A DNA stretch of 64,000 nucleotides from Octopus vulgaris. Lineage: Eukaryota. The notes beneath the pieces were generated by a model. It was not told the origin of the DNA, did not search any database, and saw nothing but the letters and a program-made list of their open reading frames with translations. Below are positions 11,675 through 24,355 of the stretch, one piece after another (position 1 is the first letter of the stretch; every line of letters starts with the position of its first letter). The position numbers and the translations under genes are program-made. The stretch covers positions 11,222,001 to 11,286,000 of the forward strand of contig OX597819.1 of the NCBI GenBank assembly GCA_951406725.2. Reading direction: 5' to 3'.

Positions 11675-12430
11675 CTATTGATCTGAAGGGACAACTACCG
11701 GCGCAGTAGTCTCCCTCAGTCCGTTTCTCCGCAGACATTCGCTGGCTATATGCCCCGGTTCTCGACACCGGTAGCAAATGACCTCAGGCTTGGGCGACTC
11801 GCAGTCACGCACCATGTGCGGACCCTGGCACCGGAAACACTGTCCTTTGAACGGTCGCACACGTTCTTTCTTCGACCCCTCTCCGCTGCTCCTAGCTCGG
11901 CCACTTTTCGTTGTTGCAGTCGCTGCTACCGACGTCGTTCTGCTGCACGAAACGAGTTCGCCCGCCCGAAATACGATGTCTGCCATCGGCATCGAATGAA
12001 TGTTCGGAAGCAGCTCTAACTCAACCGACATGTTGTCAGGAAAGCCTGTCACGAAAGCCAACCTAACCGTCCGGTCCAGCGACTCTCCCTCATAACCCGC
12101 CAGTTTAGCCAATCTCCTAAGTTCATCGGCAAATACGTCCACCTGTTCCCCAGTCCATCTTGTTCTACCAAGGCGAGCGTATGCCTCAAACATCCCCTCC
12201 GCATAGGCCTCCATCAACCGGATTTCTATTTTCTCCGCGCTGAGTTGGTCCGTCTCCTCCATCGCTAGATACAGCGCAAATGCCGGACCATCCAAGTACA
12301 GCGCTATGAAACTCGCTAGGTCGCTTATATCGTGGAGCTCCGCCAACACCTTCACCTCCTTCAACCAAGCGACTACATCGGTGTCGCCGCAAAACGGTTT
12401 GATCATTTCGTGAGAAATACGGGCACTCAT
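11675..12430 (-). CDS. gag: Retrotransposon Gag (capsid-like region plus two zinc knuckles), 251 aa
   Basis: Uninterrupted ATG ORF with CFRCQGPHMVRDC and CYRCREPGHIASEC knuckles. Overlaps pol in the -1 frame. Confidence 0.9.
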   Translation of the reverse strand: MSARISHEMIKPFCGDTDVVAWLKEVKVLAELHDISDLASFIALYLDGPAFALYLAMEETDQLSAEKIEIRLMEAYAEGMFEAYARLGRTRWTGEQVDVFADELRRLAKLAGYEGESLDRTVRLAFVTGFPDNMSVELELLPNIHSMPMADIVFRAGELVSCSRTTSVAATATTKSGRARSSGEGSKKERVRPFKGQCFRCQGPHMVRDCESPKPEVICYRCREPGHIASECLRRNGLRETTAPVVVPSDQ

Positions 12431-12472
12431 CGTTCGCTTCTTTTTTTTTTTCTTTTCTGTGCCGAAATAGCT

Positions 12473-12710
12473 TGTAGTGTGAAGGATGAAGAGGACAACA
12501 GAAAGAGAAGAAATACAAACAGGTCTTACCTCAGCGAAGATCAGAGGTCTCTTACAGATTCGACACGTCCTGTCGCTTCCTCGTCTATGCTCGAACTGCC
12601 TGCTTCCTCGATCTCCCCACGTGCGTCACGCTTAACCACTTCCGCTTCCACATGCGCCCTCCAGTCTTACACCGCCCACCGCATCTGTCGTCCTCTCCAC
12701 CGGCACCACA
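12473..12710 (-). repeat. 5' LTR (238 bp)
   Basis: First 72 nt differ from the 10570 copy at only 2 positions; ends CTGTCGTCCTCTCCACCGGCACCACA. Confidence 0.9.
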
Positions 12711-13002
12711 CACACATACATACATACATACGCATAGCATACTATATAAAATAGGTTAAGAGAAGAAGAATAAGAGAGGGAGGAAATGTGGGAAGCGGAG
12801 AAATTGGAATAAACACTGGGTCTACAATTTGAAGCTCGGAAGTGTGGAAGTTGTAAAGATAATTTATGGACAGGAGAGAAAGAAAGCTAAAACAGCAAAA
12901 GGAGTGGAAGGGAGTTACAGTTACAGACGATAAATACATGAAACTTGACTTTATCACTTTTACACACACACATTCAGTTTTAATTTATAGGGTACTACTT
13001 AA

Positions 13003-13180
13003 GAAGAGTGGTCCCGGTGCGCGCAATCGCGTACTCGCGCTAGCTAGTCGTGACTAGTCGATCCTTACTTTGTGTAAAAAAAATTATTTATTTTGTGTTT
13101 CATTTACTTTGCTAGGTAGTCGTTGTAGGATCAACTAGTTACGAGTAGCTAGCGCGAGTACGCGCACCAGGGTCACCTTC
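13003..13180. mobile_element. MITE with ~60-bp TIRs flanked by TTAA
   Basis: TTAA|GAAG...GCGTACTCGCGCTAGCTA...TAGCTAGCGCGAGTACGC...CTTC|TTAA. Confidence 0.7.
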
Positions 13181-13614
13181 TTAAATAAATGGTATCCAAT
13201 TTCCACAGCGGAGAAATTCACCCTTGTTAAAACATATACACAAAACCTTGCCATTTCAGGCTGACTTAACAGAGACCCTACTCTGTGCTACCCCCATTTC
13301 TGTCCCCCCACAATTGTAAGTTTCATAACGAAAGACAAAAACATTATTTTCCTGATTTCATAATTGGATCACGCACATTTACGATAATTAATATCGTATC
13401 ATTAATTTATAGACACACAGACAGAGTTTAAGATGAAAGGATGTTCATTCAAGCGTTAAATGGTCCCAAATTAAATTAAAATGTCTTACCGCAGTTTGGT
13501 TTTAAACAATAGCAACGTATCCGGGGTCCCAATTAATTTCAAATTTTCGGTTGCCGGAAGTAGATTTAAGTTCGAATAGGAGATGGCAAGTAAGCGGAGA
13601 TAACTCTCGAAATA

Positions 13615-13790
13615 TGGGCGGTGTGGTAAGTAGCTTGCGTACCAAGCACATGGTTCCGGGTTCAGTCCCTCTGCGTGGCACCTTGGGCGAGTGACTTCTA
13701 CTATAGCCTCGGGTGACCAAAGCCTTGTGAGTGGATATGGTAGACGGAAACTGAAGGAAGCCTTGTCGTAAATATGTACATATATATATA
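13615..13790 (+). mobile_element. SINE family A, 5' part
   Basis: GTGTGGTAAGTAGCTTGC...GGTTCAGTCCC head (A/B-box-like) running into (TA)n. Confidence 0.8.
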
Positions 13791-13825
13791 TTGGCTAAAC
13801 TGGCAATATGACCATTCCGAAATAT

Positions 13826-13880
<55 letters not shown>

Positions 13881-13967
13881 ATGTTACATTACTCGGTAGT
13901 CAAGATAAAACTCTGAGTTTCAGATGCCGAAGTGGAAATCCACAACACCATCTCTTCGGTTATCTGG

Positions 13968-14067
<100 letters not shown>

Positions 14068-14899
14068 TTATTTATATATATACACACACATATATATATA
14101 TATTTATGTGTGTGCGTGTGTATGAATAGATTTGGTAGATGAAAACTGAAAGAAGCCCGTCGTATGTAAATATATATATACATATATGGGATCTTTTCCT
14201 TTTGAACGGCACATGTCAAAACAATCTCTAGTTAACTAAACACTTTAAAACTTCGTATACTGGTAGGATGTGTCAAAATAAAACATTTTTTCTCTTGGCT
14301 TTCTTGAGAAAATTGTAATTTGTTTGTTTAACGTAGTTTAATTTTTCGAATTTTAACCAATGAATCGCCTCTAATGAGCTAAAATCATTTGCTGCGTCTA
14401 AAACTGAGACAACATCCTGTCACTAAACCTCACCCTAACCCTAAATTTTAGCCTTTGGTTTTTTTTCTTAATTAAACCTCGCAATTTCGGCTGATTAATC
14501 TTGAGATTGCTCCAATCTGGCCAGCCCCAAGGAAGAACCAAGCCAAGACCAGTAGATTCCTTAGAAAAAAGCATTGAATGTATACGAATTGCGAGGATGA
14601 TCCGGTTCTTGACTGAAGATAAAAGGTTTCGAATGACCCATCCTTGTTTTTTTGTATCGTCTATCTGGATGTTTTGTTGTCCCTTTTTGTATCACCTAGT
14701 TGTCCGGATATATATATATATATATATATCGTTTTGGGATTTGGTTTGCAAGATTCTTTATGTGAGTTCGTGTGTTGAAGTATATTCTGTGGTGTCTGGG
14801 AAGAGTCAGTCACTTTTAAAATTTTCTATTATTTTTACCGGTGAGTGTGTTAAATTATAAGGCACTGAAGGAGAATGACTCTCCCCAGACACATGTATG

Positions 14900-15077
14900 T
14901 ATGTATGTCAATACACAGACACACATATATATACGACGGGATTCTTTCCACTCACAAGGTTTTGGGCGGCCCGAGGCTATAGCAGAAAACAATTGCCCAA
15001 GGTGCCACGCAGTGGGACTGTACCTAGAACCATGTGGTTGGTAAGCAAGCTACTTAACACATGCCCCTCCTGCGCCT
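14900..15077 (-). mobile_element. SINE family A, 5' part
   Basis: Reverse complement of the family A head and body. Confidence 0.75.
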
Positions 15078-16703
15078 GTACTGATTGGGAATCAAAGCTA
15101 ATGGTGGGGGCAGAGTCGAAATAACCAGCCAGCAATTTAAACCCATTTAAGCTTTGAAGCGGCTGTAAATATCACATACTTCTTCGTAGACAATATATGT
15201 TGTAATACATTAGAAAATGTGTCCTTTTTAAGGTGGGAAAATTTGGTTTGAGATAGATTTGGTTGCTATTTCTGAGGAATCAGATAATTACAAGGACACA
15301 GATCAATTTAATTGAATAAATAATAAGGCACTAAAAAGAATGACACTCCCCATACACAACAAAATATGCTTCAACCCGTGAACTCACATGAATCTTGCAA
15401 ACCAAATTACAAAACGAAAATGTAAGATTTAGATTTTCAAGGGAGATAATTCAGAAAATATTTTGAAGAGTTATGTTTCTCGAAAATATTTTAGAGTTAT
15501 CTCCCTTTAATATTCTTAATGCATTATAAACAAAACTAAACATTTTATTTCGTTTTTGGATCTGGTTTGCAAGATTCTTTATGTGAGTTCGTGTGTTGAA
15601 GCATATTCTGTTGTGTCTGGGGAGAGTCATTCTCTTTTAGTGCCTTATAATTTAACACACTCACCGGTAAAATTTCCACTTATTTCTTATTTTTATTTTC
15701 CTAAAATTTTCGTTGCGTCTTGCAACCTTTTCAATAGTCTTGACTCTGTCCCTTATTTACTCTGCGTTCCCTTTTGTTTGTTCGTGCTCATGTGTGGGGG
15801 TCAGTGTGTGTGTATGTGTGCCTATACATGCGTGCATGTACGTATGTAAGTGTGTGTGTGTGTTTGCATGTGTATGTATGTATATATGCGTGTGCATGCA
15901 TATGTATATATATATGTATGTGTGTGCATCTGTATGTAGGTATCCTACATATTTATGTGCTTGCATGTCCGTGTTTGTGTATTTTCTATGTATGTGTGTG
16001 TGAGCATGTGTTTGTATATGTATGCACCTCTGTCTCCTTGTGTGTGCATGTCTGTGTGTGTGTGTGTGTGTGTGTATGTGTTATGCAACTGTGTACCATG
16101 TTTGTATGTATGGATGTGCATATCTATATGTGTGGATCCGTGTCTCCATATGTGTCTGTTCTTCTAACCTATGTACCTATCCGTCTGTATGTTGGTCTGT
16201 TTATTTTCATATCTATATGCTTACATGCAAAAAAAAAAAAAAAAAAGAAGGTGCATACACACACACTATATCAGCCGAAACATTGTGTTAACAACAAACA
16301 AGATGAGCTCAAATATCCGTCAAATGTAAATAATGTAAATAATGTATTAGAGTCTGAAATCTGGTGATGAAAAGAGAAGATGAAAAGAGTGGAGGGGCGA
16401 AGTGGAACGAAATAAAAGCTGATTAAAAAATTGGTATAAAGACCCAACCGGGTTGCTATGGTGTGTGTAGAAACAAGAATGGATCGGTGCTGGCGAATTA
16501 ACAGGTATATATTGGAACGAATATGGAGATTAATAACAGACAAGGTCAGTTGAATTAGTTCAGAAATAACAAGGTGTGTGGGAATGAGAGGCGGAGCGGA
16601 GAGCACTTTAAATTGAAGTTCGATAAAAATTTATCTTAATATAGGTATGTGATTGTTTAATTATACGTTTTTATAATGGTATATATATATATATATATAT
16701 ATA

Positions 16704-17845
16704 CTAGCTAAAGGTAACCCGCTCTACGCGCGGGTAAGAGTGTGGTTGTTACTTTCTGTTGCTTCCTTTCGGCACGTAAAAAGCACCATCCGAACGTGGC
16801 CGATGGCAGTGCCGCCTTGACTGGCTTCTGTGCCGGTGGCACGTAAAAAGCACCAACCGATCGTGACCGCTGCCCCCCCCCCCCCCGGCACCTGTGCCGG
16901 TGGCACGAAAAATGCACCTACTACAATCACAGAGTGGTTGGCATTAGGAAGGGCATCCACCTGTAGAAACACTGCCAGATGAGACTGGAGCCTGATGCAG
17001 ACTCCTAGCTTCCCAGACCCCGGTCAAACCGTCCAACCCGTGCTAGCACGGAAAACGAACGTTAAACGATGATGATGATGATGATTCTCCCTCTTTGTTT
17101 CTCTCTCACTTTTCCACTCTCTTACTCTTCCTTTCTCTCGAACTCTCTCTCGCTTTCTCTTACTCTCTATCTTTATCTATCACTCTCCCATTTATAAACA
17201 ACAAAAGATCTTGAGTAAGTTGAGAAAGAATATATTTTGAAAGATCAATCATAAATATCAGGCAGTGACAACGGAAAGGTCTGCTTCAAGGCAGACAGCA
17301 AAACACTAACATTTAAAAGGGACAGACGAACTTGCGAGCTGAATATAAATAAAAAAATATTGGAAACCAAAGTTTGAATGGATAGAATCTGAGGATAGTA
17401 GACTCACCATGGCTGGCATTTCTTAACGACGGACAGCAACGTATTGACAGTTTAACGGCTGGCGTAAAATTTTGAACTTGATGTAAAAGAAAATTCGTAA
17501 AGACCAAGTTTTGAAGTGGTTCTTTCTCACGAAAGTAGACTCACCATGGCAAGCATTCAAAACTTCTTCATCATGGACGGCAACACATTGACGATTAAAA
17601 GGCTGGCGCAAATTATTTAGTTTGATGTAACAGAGAATTCCTAAATACCCGCTCCTGTAAATTTTAATCCCCTTCCAGCCCCATTTAGACCACTTTTCAC
17701 ATTTTGGTTAATATAACCCGTTTTCATTCGGGTCTACTCGGGCCACATTTTATAAGATGAGGAATTTTGTCCTTTCATCGAGGAAAAAAATAGTTGCCAT
17801 GCAAACTCGCCAGCAATTTTAACATAGGTGTGCATATTTGTATAC

Positions 17846-17888
<43 letters not shown>

Positions 17889-18675
17889 TAAATTAGAGAT
17901 AAAACCACTATTAGGCAAATCAAACAGTGAAAAACATAAACCAAAGCATAAAAATAAAAATATAATATACAAAATATATAAAATGTAAAATTAAAAAAAT
18001 TAAATCATTTAAATTTAAAATTAAAATTATTAATTTATATTTATAATTTAAAAATATATATATATATAACTATCAAAAAGTATTAAAAAGTTTAATATAC
18101 ATAAATACAGATATTTACACTTTGTATATATACATTATATATACATATTTATATATAGAACACACACACACACACATATATAAATAAATTAACCCAATAA
18201 ATATCTGATTCATAATATTTGTTCTCATGATTGTGTGGTGGTGTTGGCGATGATAATTCTCTCTATGAATGCAGACAGACGTAGAGAGAGAGAGTGTGAA
18301 AGCGCTGTCGAAGGCGGGGGGTGGGGAGATATAGAACGCTGTGAAACGACGTTATAAAGAGAAAGTGAAGGAGAAGTAGACGCTGTGAAACGACGTTATA
18401 TATAGAAAGTGATGGGAAGGGAGGAAAGAGAGTGAGTGACGGAGGAAGACAGATACATAAAAGAATGAGAGTAGACTTGTCAAAGTGAGTTTTTGGCCCT
18501 AGCAACGACACCTTTTAAGATAGGGATTTCTAACCTAGCCCACTCGCATCCTCACCTCCTTCTACATGTCCCTGTAAATTTTGGAGTCAATCCAAAGTTG
18601 CCTTTAACCCGTTCTCAATGCCAAAACCAAACAAACAAACAAACAAACTTTTCGCATTTCAGAATTATAATATAT
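16704..18675 (-). mobile_element. Probable non-autonomous Helitron (second family) with nested insertions
   Basis: 3' CTAG with an ACCCGC..GCGGGT hairpin at 16704-16735. Candidate 5' end with TATTATAA..GCGAAAAG(TTTG)n near 18625-18675. That the two ends belong together is inferred. Confidence 0.4.
16770..17084 (+). mobile_element. SINE 3' part with RTE-like tail and (GAT)n end
   Basis: Homologous to 2636-2913, with several GGCACGTAAAAAGCACC units. Confidence 0.75.
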
Positions 18676-19514
18676 GTATACTTTATAGACAATAGTCTTT
18701 TCTTTAATTTAATTTTTTATTTCGTTTGGTGGTGTTATCCTAGATTCACCGTCTTTGTCGGGGATCAATCCGAAATAGGTTTGTATTTCTTCCATTTTAA
18801 TTTTAATGAGTCCGCGCCCGCCGACGGCTGCAGCGAAATTCATTTTTGGACTTTCTTCAATCGAAGGCAATCTAAGAAAAATGCTTCCGTGTAAACGGTG
18901 AAAATATTGTCAATTTCCCCAAACAGGGACACAATTCAATTTTTAAACAATAACCAAAGTTCCTTCTCCCAAAGGGGGAGGGTTACAGTTTACAATTATT
19001 TAACAAATGCAACACAACAACGTTTCCCTTACGAGGAGCCAACAAAAGTGATAACAATAGTTAAACAGTAATAATAACAACAAACCTTACAGCGAATCAA
19101 AAAGCAGTACTCAGAAGAAGCGGCTGTTCGAGAAAACAGACATTACATACAGCCAAACCTCATATAGATACTTAATGCTAGCTAATTAGCAGATAATCTA
19201 ATATAAAAGCCATGGTAAATGGTATGTGAACACCTCCATCTGGACAATTCCATTTCTGCATGCTAATTTTATTTTTAATTTATTCCCCTTCATGTGAAAC
19301 CACTTATTCAAGTCCAAGTCATTGATGCCATTTTATACCAATTGCTATTTTTACTTTTGTTATGTTACGATTATATTATACTTTAGTTTGATTTTAATTA
19401 TTACTTACCACATATAATTCAATTTTATCTCTAATTTTTATTGTTTAAGTGAAAGTATCTGACATAATATGGAGAAATGTTTTTGTTTCACTTTTAACAC
19501 GTAATACTGAAATA

Positions 19515-19800
19515 GTGGAGAAGATATGATATTGCAATGGGCTCTCCGTAGGCAAGAAGTTGAAAATTTTTGCTCATGAAACTACATGGACCCTAAGTAA
19601 GGCATGTGTAAAATTTGAATGAAATTGGTTGTGTAGTTCTCAAGGTTTAGGGAATCGTAGCGGAGAAGATATGATATTGCTGTGGGCTCGCCCTAGGAAA
19701 AAAGTTAAACATTTTTTTGCCGATGACACTCCCCGGAGCTTAAGTAAGGCATGTGTAAAATTTGAATGAAATTGGTTGTGTAGTTCTCAAGTTTTAGGGA
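19515..19800. repeat. Tandem duplication of a ~145-bp unit
   Basis: GGAGAAGATATGATATTGC...TAAGTAAGGCATGTGTAAAATTTGAATGAAATTGGTTGTGTAGTTCTCAAG occurs twice. Possibly the 5' region of a minus-strand Helitron. Confidence 0.8.
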
Positions 19801-19830
19801 AACACACAGACAGACTTACACACATTCTCA

Positions 19831-19873
<43 letters not shown>

Positions 19874-20267
19874 TGAGACCCCCTTCGGTCATGACTGACC
19901 ATAGGATTGCACCTAGAAAGTTACCCTCCCATGTCCGGGCAAGGTTGTTTGTGGAAGGCTAGTAGTCACTCATGCATACCAGCCTTCCCTCTCCACGCCA
20001 CCAGTGTTATCCAAGGTAAAGGCAAAGACCGATACAGCTTGGCACCAGTGATGACGTCACAACTCATTTCTACAGCTGAGGGAACTGGGGCAACGTGAAA
20101 TAACGTGTCGGATATTGCAGTTACAATCTGTAAATGGATTTTCTTAAGTTCAAAATGAGACTTTTTTTTTTATCTACATTCCAATGAAGGAGTTTTTGTA
20201 TGTTTGTTAGAAACCAGTTCCCTCCCTACCGGAAGACTTCATGTACTTAAAAATAGAAGAGAATCTA

Positions 20268-21398
20268 CACATATACACACACATGCATACATACATACAT
20301 ACATACATACATACATACATACATACATACATACATAAATACATACATACATACATAAATACATACATATATACATACAAACATGCACACACACGTACAT
20401 ACATACAAACATTCTGGTATGCATACATACATACTTGCATACATACTTGCATACATACATACATACATACATACATACATACATACATACATACATACAT
20501 ACATACATACATACATACATACATACATACATACACACATACACACTCATACATATATACATAATACATACATGTATACATGCATATATATACATATATA
20601 TATACATACATACACACACATACATATATACATATATACATGCATACATACATACATACATGCACACACACATTCATACATACATACATACATGCATACA
20701 TACATACATACATACATACATACATACATACATGCACACACATACATACATACATACATACATGCATACATACATACATAATACATACATACATATATAC
20801 ATACATACATACATACACACATACATAATACATACATACATACATGCATACATACATACATACATAATACATACATACATACATGCATACATACATACAT
20901 AATACATACATACATACACGCATACATACATACATACATACATGCACACACATACATACATACATACATACATACATACATACATGCATACATACATACA
21001 TAATACATACATACATACATGCATACATACATAATACATAATACATACATACATACATACATGCATACATACATACATAATACATACATACATACATGCA
21101 TACATACACACATACATAATACATACATACATACATGCATACATACATACATACATAATACATACATACATACATGCATACATACATACATACATACATG
21201 CACACACATACATACATACATACATACATGCATACATACATAATACATACATACATATATACATACATACATACATACATACATACATACATAATACATA
21301 CATACATACATGCATACATACATACATACATACATACATACATACATACATACATACATACATACATACATACATACATACATACATACATACATACA
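20268..21398. repeat. (TACA)n microsatellite, ~1.1 kb
   Basis: Direct reading; interrupted by TGCA, TAA and CACA variants. Confidence 0.95.
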
Positions 21399-22387
21399 TT
21401 GTGGGTATGTGTCTATGTACGTGTGTAGCGATATGCGAATCTGAGAAAATTGATTCACTTTGGCCTAATGAATTTCTTGTAATTAAACTTATCATTTCAT
21501 GAAGTTTTGTATTTATACCGTAGACAGAGGCAGAAGTTTCGTCTGTTTTATCACGTGGGGCAATATCCAAAGAGAGACAGAAAGACCTGAATCAGAACTG
21601 GACTGGAGATGGAGTGATATTGATGAGATCGCGAATGGCGACGAAAGCACTTTGAAAAAGCTAGCTGATTGATTTATTGATCAATCGATTGAAGGAATGG
21701 CTGATTAGAGGATCAAACGATTAATCAAACAGACGACTAGTGAATTAATTAATTAACCAAATTTTCAATCGATAAATAAAGATGTGAAATAGAATCAGTG
21801 TGTGTGTTTATTATTGGCTTGATGGCCCTCCCAATATGTAAAAAAAAAAGAAATGTAGTGATAGTGATCTCGAAACTGAAACTCTTCTCAATGAATAATG
21901 GTAGAAACAGTACCAGTAATTACTGGAGTATCATGTATGGCAAAGTAAAGAAACAGAAATGCCTTGAATACAAATATATAAAATAGTTCTATAAAATAAC
22001 AGATGAAGCTGGTCAATGGATTGGTTGCGAAATAATCGGTGGATATCTAGTAATCTTTTGACACTGATATCTTTTAGACATTGAGAAAAATATCATGTGA
22101 ATAAGATAAATGTAATATTAGAGAAAGATAAAGAAATAATTTTATTCTCAAACGCAGGACAATACTAATAATATAGCATGAACGGGATAAATTATCCATA
22201 TTTTGCAGAAAAGTGTGTCGGCGGACAGCCATAAGAATCGAACCCACATCCCTGTGATTACGCGTCGCAGTGCTTTGTCTTTACGCTAAAGTAACCCAAC
22301 GGCACATTCTGCAAATTTAGGATGTATATCTTATTAGCATTATCCTGCACAACAGTATGTGTATAATATATACACACATAAGGATAT

Positions 22388-22692
22388 CACGTGATCACGT
22401 GACCGACCAGACCATCAGATGTTGCTACACATCGCTGGTCACAATGCTTTCTCATTGTTTTAGCCTTCGAATGACGCCACCCCGCTGGCTAAGCGAGCAG
22501 GCCAACAGAAGAAAGAGTGAGAGAAAGAGTGGTGAAAGAGTACAGCAGGGATCACCACTCCCTGCTGGAGCTTCGTGGAGCTTTTAGGTGTTTTCGCTCA
22601 ATAAACACTCACAACACCCGGTCTGGGAATCGAAACCGCGATCCTACGACCGCGAGTCCGCTGCCCTAACCACTAAGCCATTGCGCCTCCAC
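22388..22692 (-). mobile_element. SINE family B head with an alternative 3' body
   Basis: GTGGAGGCGCAATGG..AGTGGTTAGGGCAGCGGACTCGCGGTC..GTTTCGATTCCC head. The 3' part differs from other B copies. Confidence 0.8.
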
Positions 22693-22699
22693 ACATAGG

Positions 22700-22789
<90 letters not shown>

Positions 22790-23371
22790 AAGAGAGAGAC
22801 GAAATAGCGAAGGAAAGATAAAAAACTGATTAGTTCGGAGGCGACGAAAAAAGAGAAAAGTTCCGAGGTCATTCGCTAACCTTTTACATTTTTGTCTATT
22901 GCTGACATCACTTCTGAACCGGACAGATTACGACTGCATCTGCTGCGGAGAACCGAGAGGATATCTATTGTGTATGAAGGACAAACAGTCAAAGGTCAAC
23001 AACTAATTGGCGGTGGGTTGGCGTGGGTATGTATTCCAGATAGTTTAAAGATTAAGTTGAAAGAGAAAAATGAGTTAAGAAAACTCAAAATACTGATTGC
23101 CTGCAGAATGAAATAGATTCAAAGACGAAGCAATCAAGGAGCGAAAAGAAACATTAAAATTCAAGGAGTTGGCTATTAGCTTGCAACATGGACAAAGAAG
23201 GAAAACAAAATAAAAGGGAACTTATATTTGAGACTTAAATCAGTAAAGAAAACTGGAAGCAGACGACATTCGTGATTGGCCATGTTTTAATTTTTTTCTC
23301 AGCCATCAGTATTTTTTCAGATTTACTATACTGATGTAGTTTTACATGCTGTGGCATTCATTTCTCCATAA

Positions 23372-23770
23372 TCTTTATATATAAAAGTGAGGTTGTGTGC
23401 TGTCTGTCTCCTACGATTTAGATTCCTAACTACTACCACATTTTGCGGTGCAGTTTAACCAAAACCGGGTATCTTATAGTCGTGATTCATATCGAGCCCT
23501 TCTGGGTATTAGCGCGCGTCTACGATGAGTTTACGATTTTAAAAAAAAATTTACCATCATTTTTTTCCATTTTAACGCATTTTTTCGCTATTATATAAGG
23601 GAAGTAACTCTAAAAATGTCTACGATGAGTCAACGATTAAAAAAAATTTACCATAATTTTTGTTTCCATTTTTAATGCATTTTTTTGCTATTTTTTGGCT
23701 ATAACTCTCTAAAAATGCTTATATAGTTATTTCCCTTACAAACCCGAGCAACGCCGGGCGATACTGCTAG
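23372..23770 (+). mobile_element. Non-autonomous Helitron (~400 bp)
   Basis: A|TCTTTATATATAAAAG 5' end; subterminal CCCG..CGGG hairpin; CTAG|T 3' end; no TSD. Confidence 0.85.
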
Positions 23771-23879
23771 TTAAGAATACAAAAGTTATAAGACTATGAA
23801 GTTAAGTAATATTAGCCAATCAAAAGCGTCCAGGGTTGACGTATCGGAAGTCACTAATGTCTTTTACCATGGGAACAGC

Positions 23880-24200
23880 ATTAACATTGTCATTGAATGT
23901 GGGTCGTGTTTTGTGAGTTCACAGTTCTGTGAAGAAATTGGTAACCTGGAATCTCTGAAACGTGCGATCGCTGAATATCGTTGTTCCCGGTAGAATCGAT
24001 TGTCGAATGAACTCTCCCAGCGTGTCACGATCTCGTAAAGGCAAAGTATCCAGAAATATCTCACATGTCTCGCAACACACATTACTGGGAACCCAGTATT
24101 CATGTAACATTCGACCTTTGTAATATTTTCTCCTTGGAAATACTGCCTCGTCAATTTCGACAATTCTGCTGAGACCGTCAATAAAGACATATTTTACAGA
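23880..24200 (-). mobile_element. Merlin (IS1016/ISXO2-like) transposase remnant
   Basis: GLSRIVEIDEAVFPRRKYYKGR..WV..RDRDTLGEFIRQSILPGTTIFSD motifs. Confidence 0.8.
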
Positions 24201-24355
24201 TACACAACAAGAAAGGGGCAAAAATCATGTTTTAAATCGTTATAGATTTTAAGATAATTGAGGTAGATAATGGAATCGGATTATCTATAGAAGTAATTGA
24301 ACTGATGAAGCAGTTTTAGTGTAAAGTGACATAAAATACAAGTTCCATGATTATT

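Larger units (their letters stand above)
10570..12710 (-). mobile_element. Non-autonomous Ty3/gypsy-type LTR retrotransposon (2.14 kb; gag intact, RT/RNaseH absent)
   Basis: Two TG...CA LTRs, CACAC on both flanks (10565-10569 and 12711-12715), a purine tract next to the left LTR, and gag, protease and integrase C-terminus. Confidence 0.9.

Noticed and set aside
20207-21570. Long ORFs up to 394 aa (MYVC/HTYI repeats); likewise those at 30.5-31.5 kb, 33 kb, 36.7-37.8 kb, 56 kb and 61 kb
   Set aside because: Translations of microsatellites that lack stop codons; no evidence of coding.
22220-22298. tRNA-like sequence on the minus strand with a GGTTCGATTC B box
   Set aside because: Acceptor and T stems pair poorly; more likely a decayed SINE head or pseudo-tRNA.
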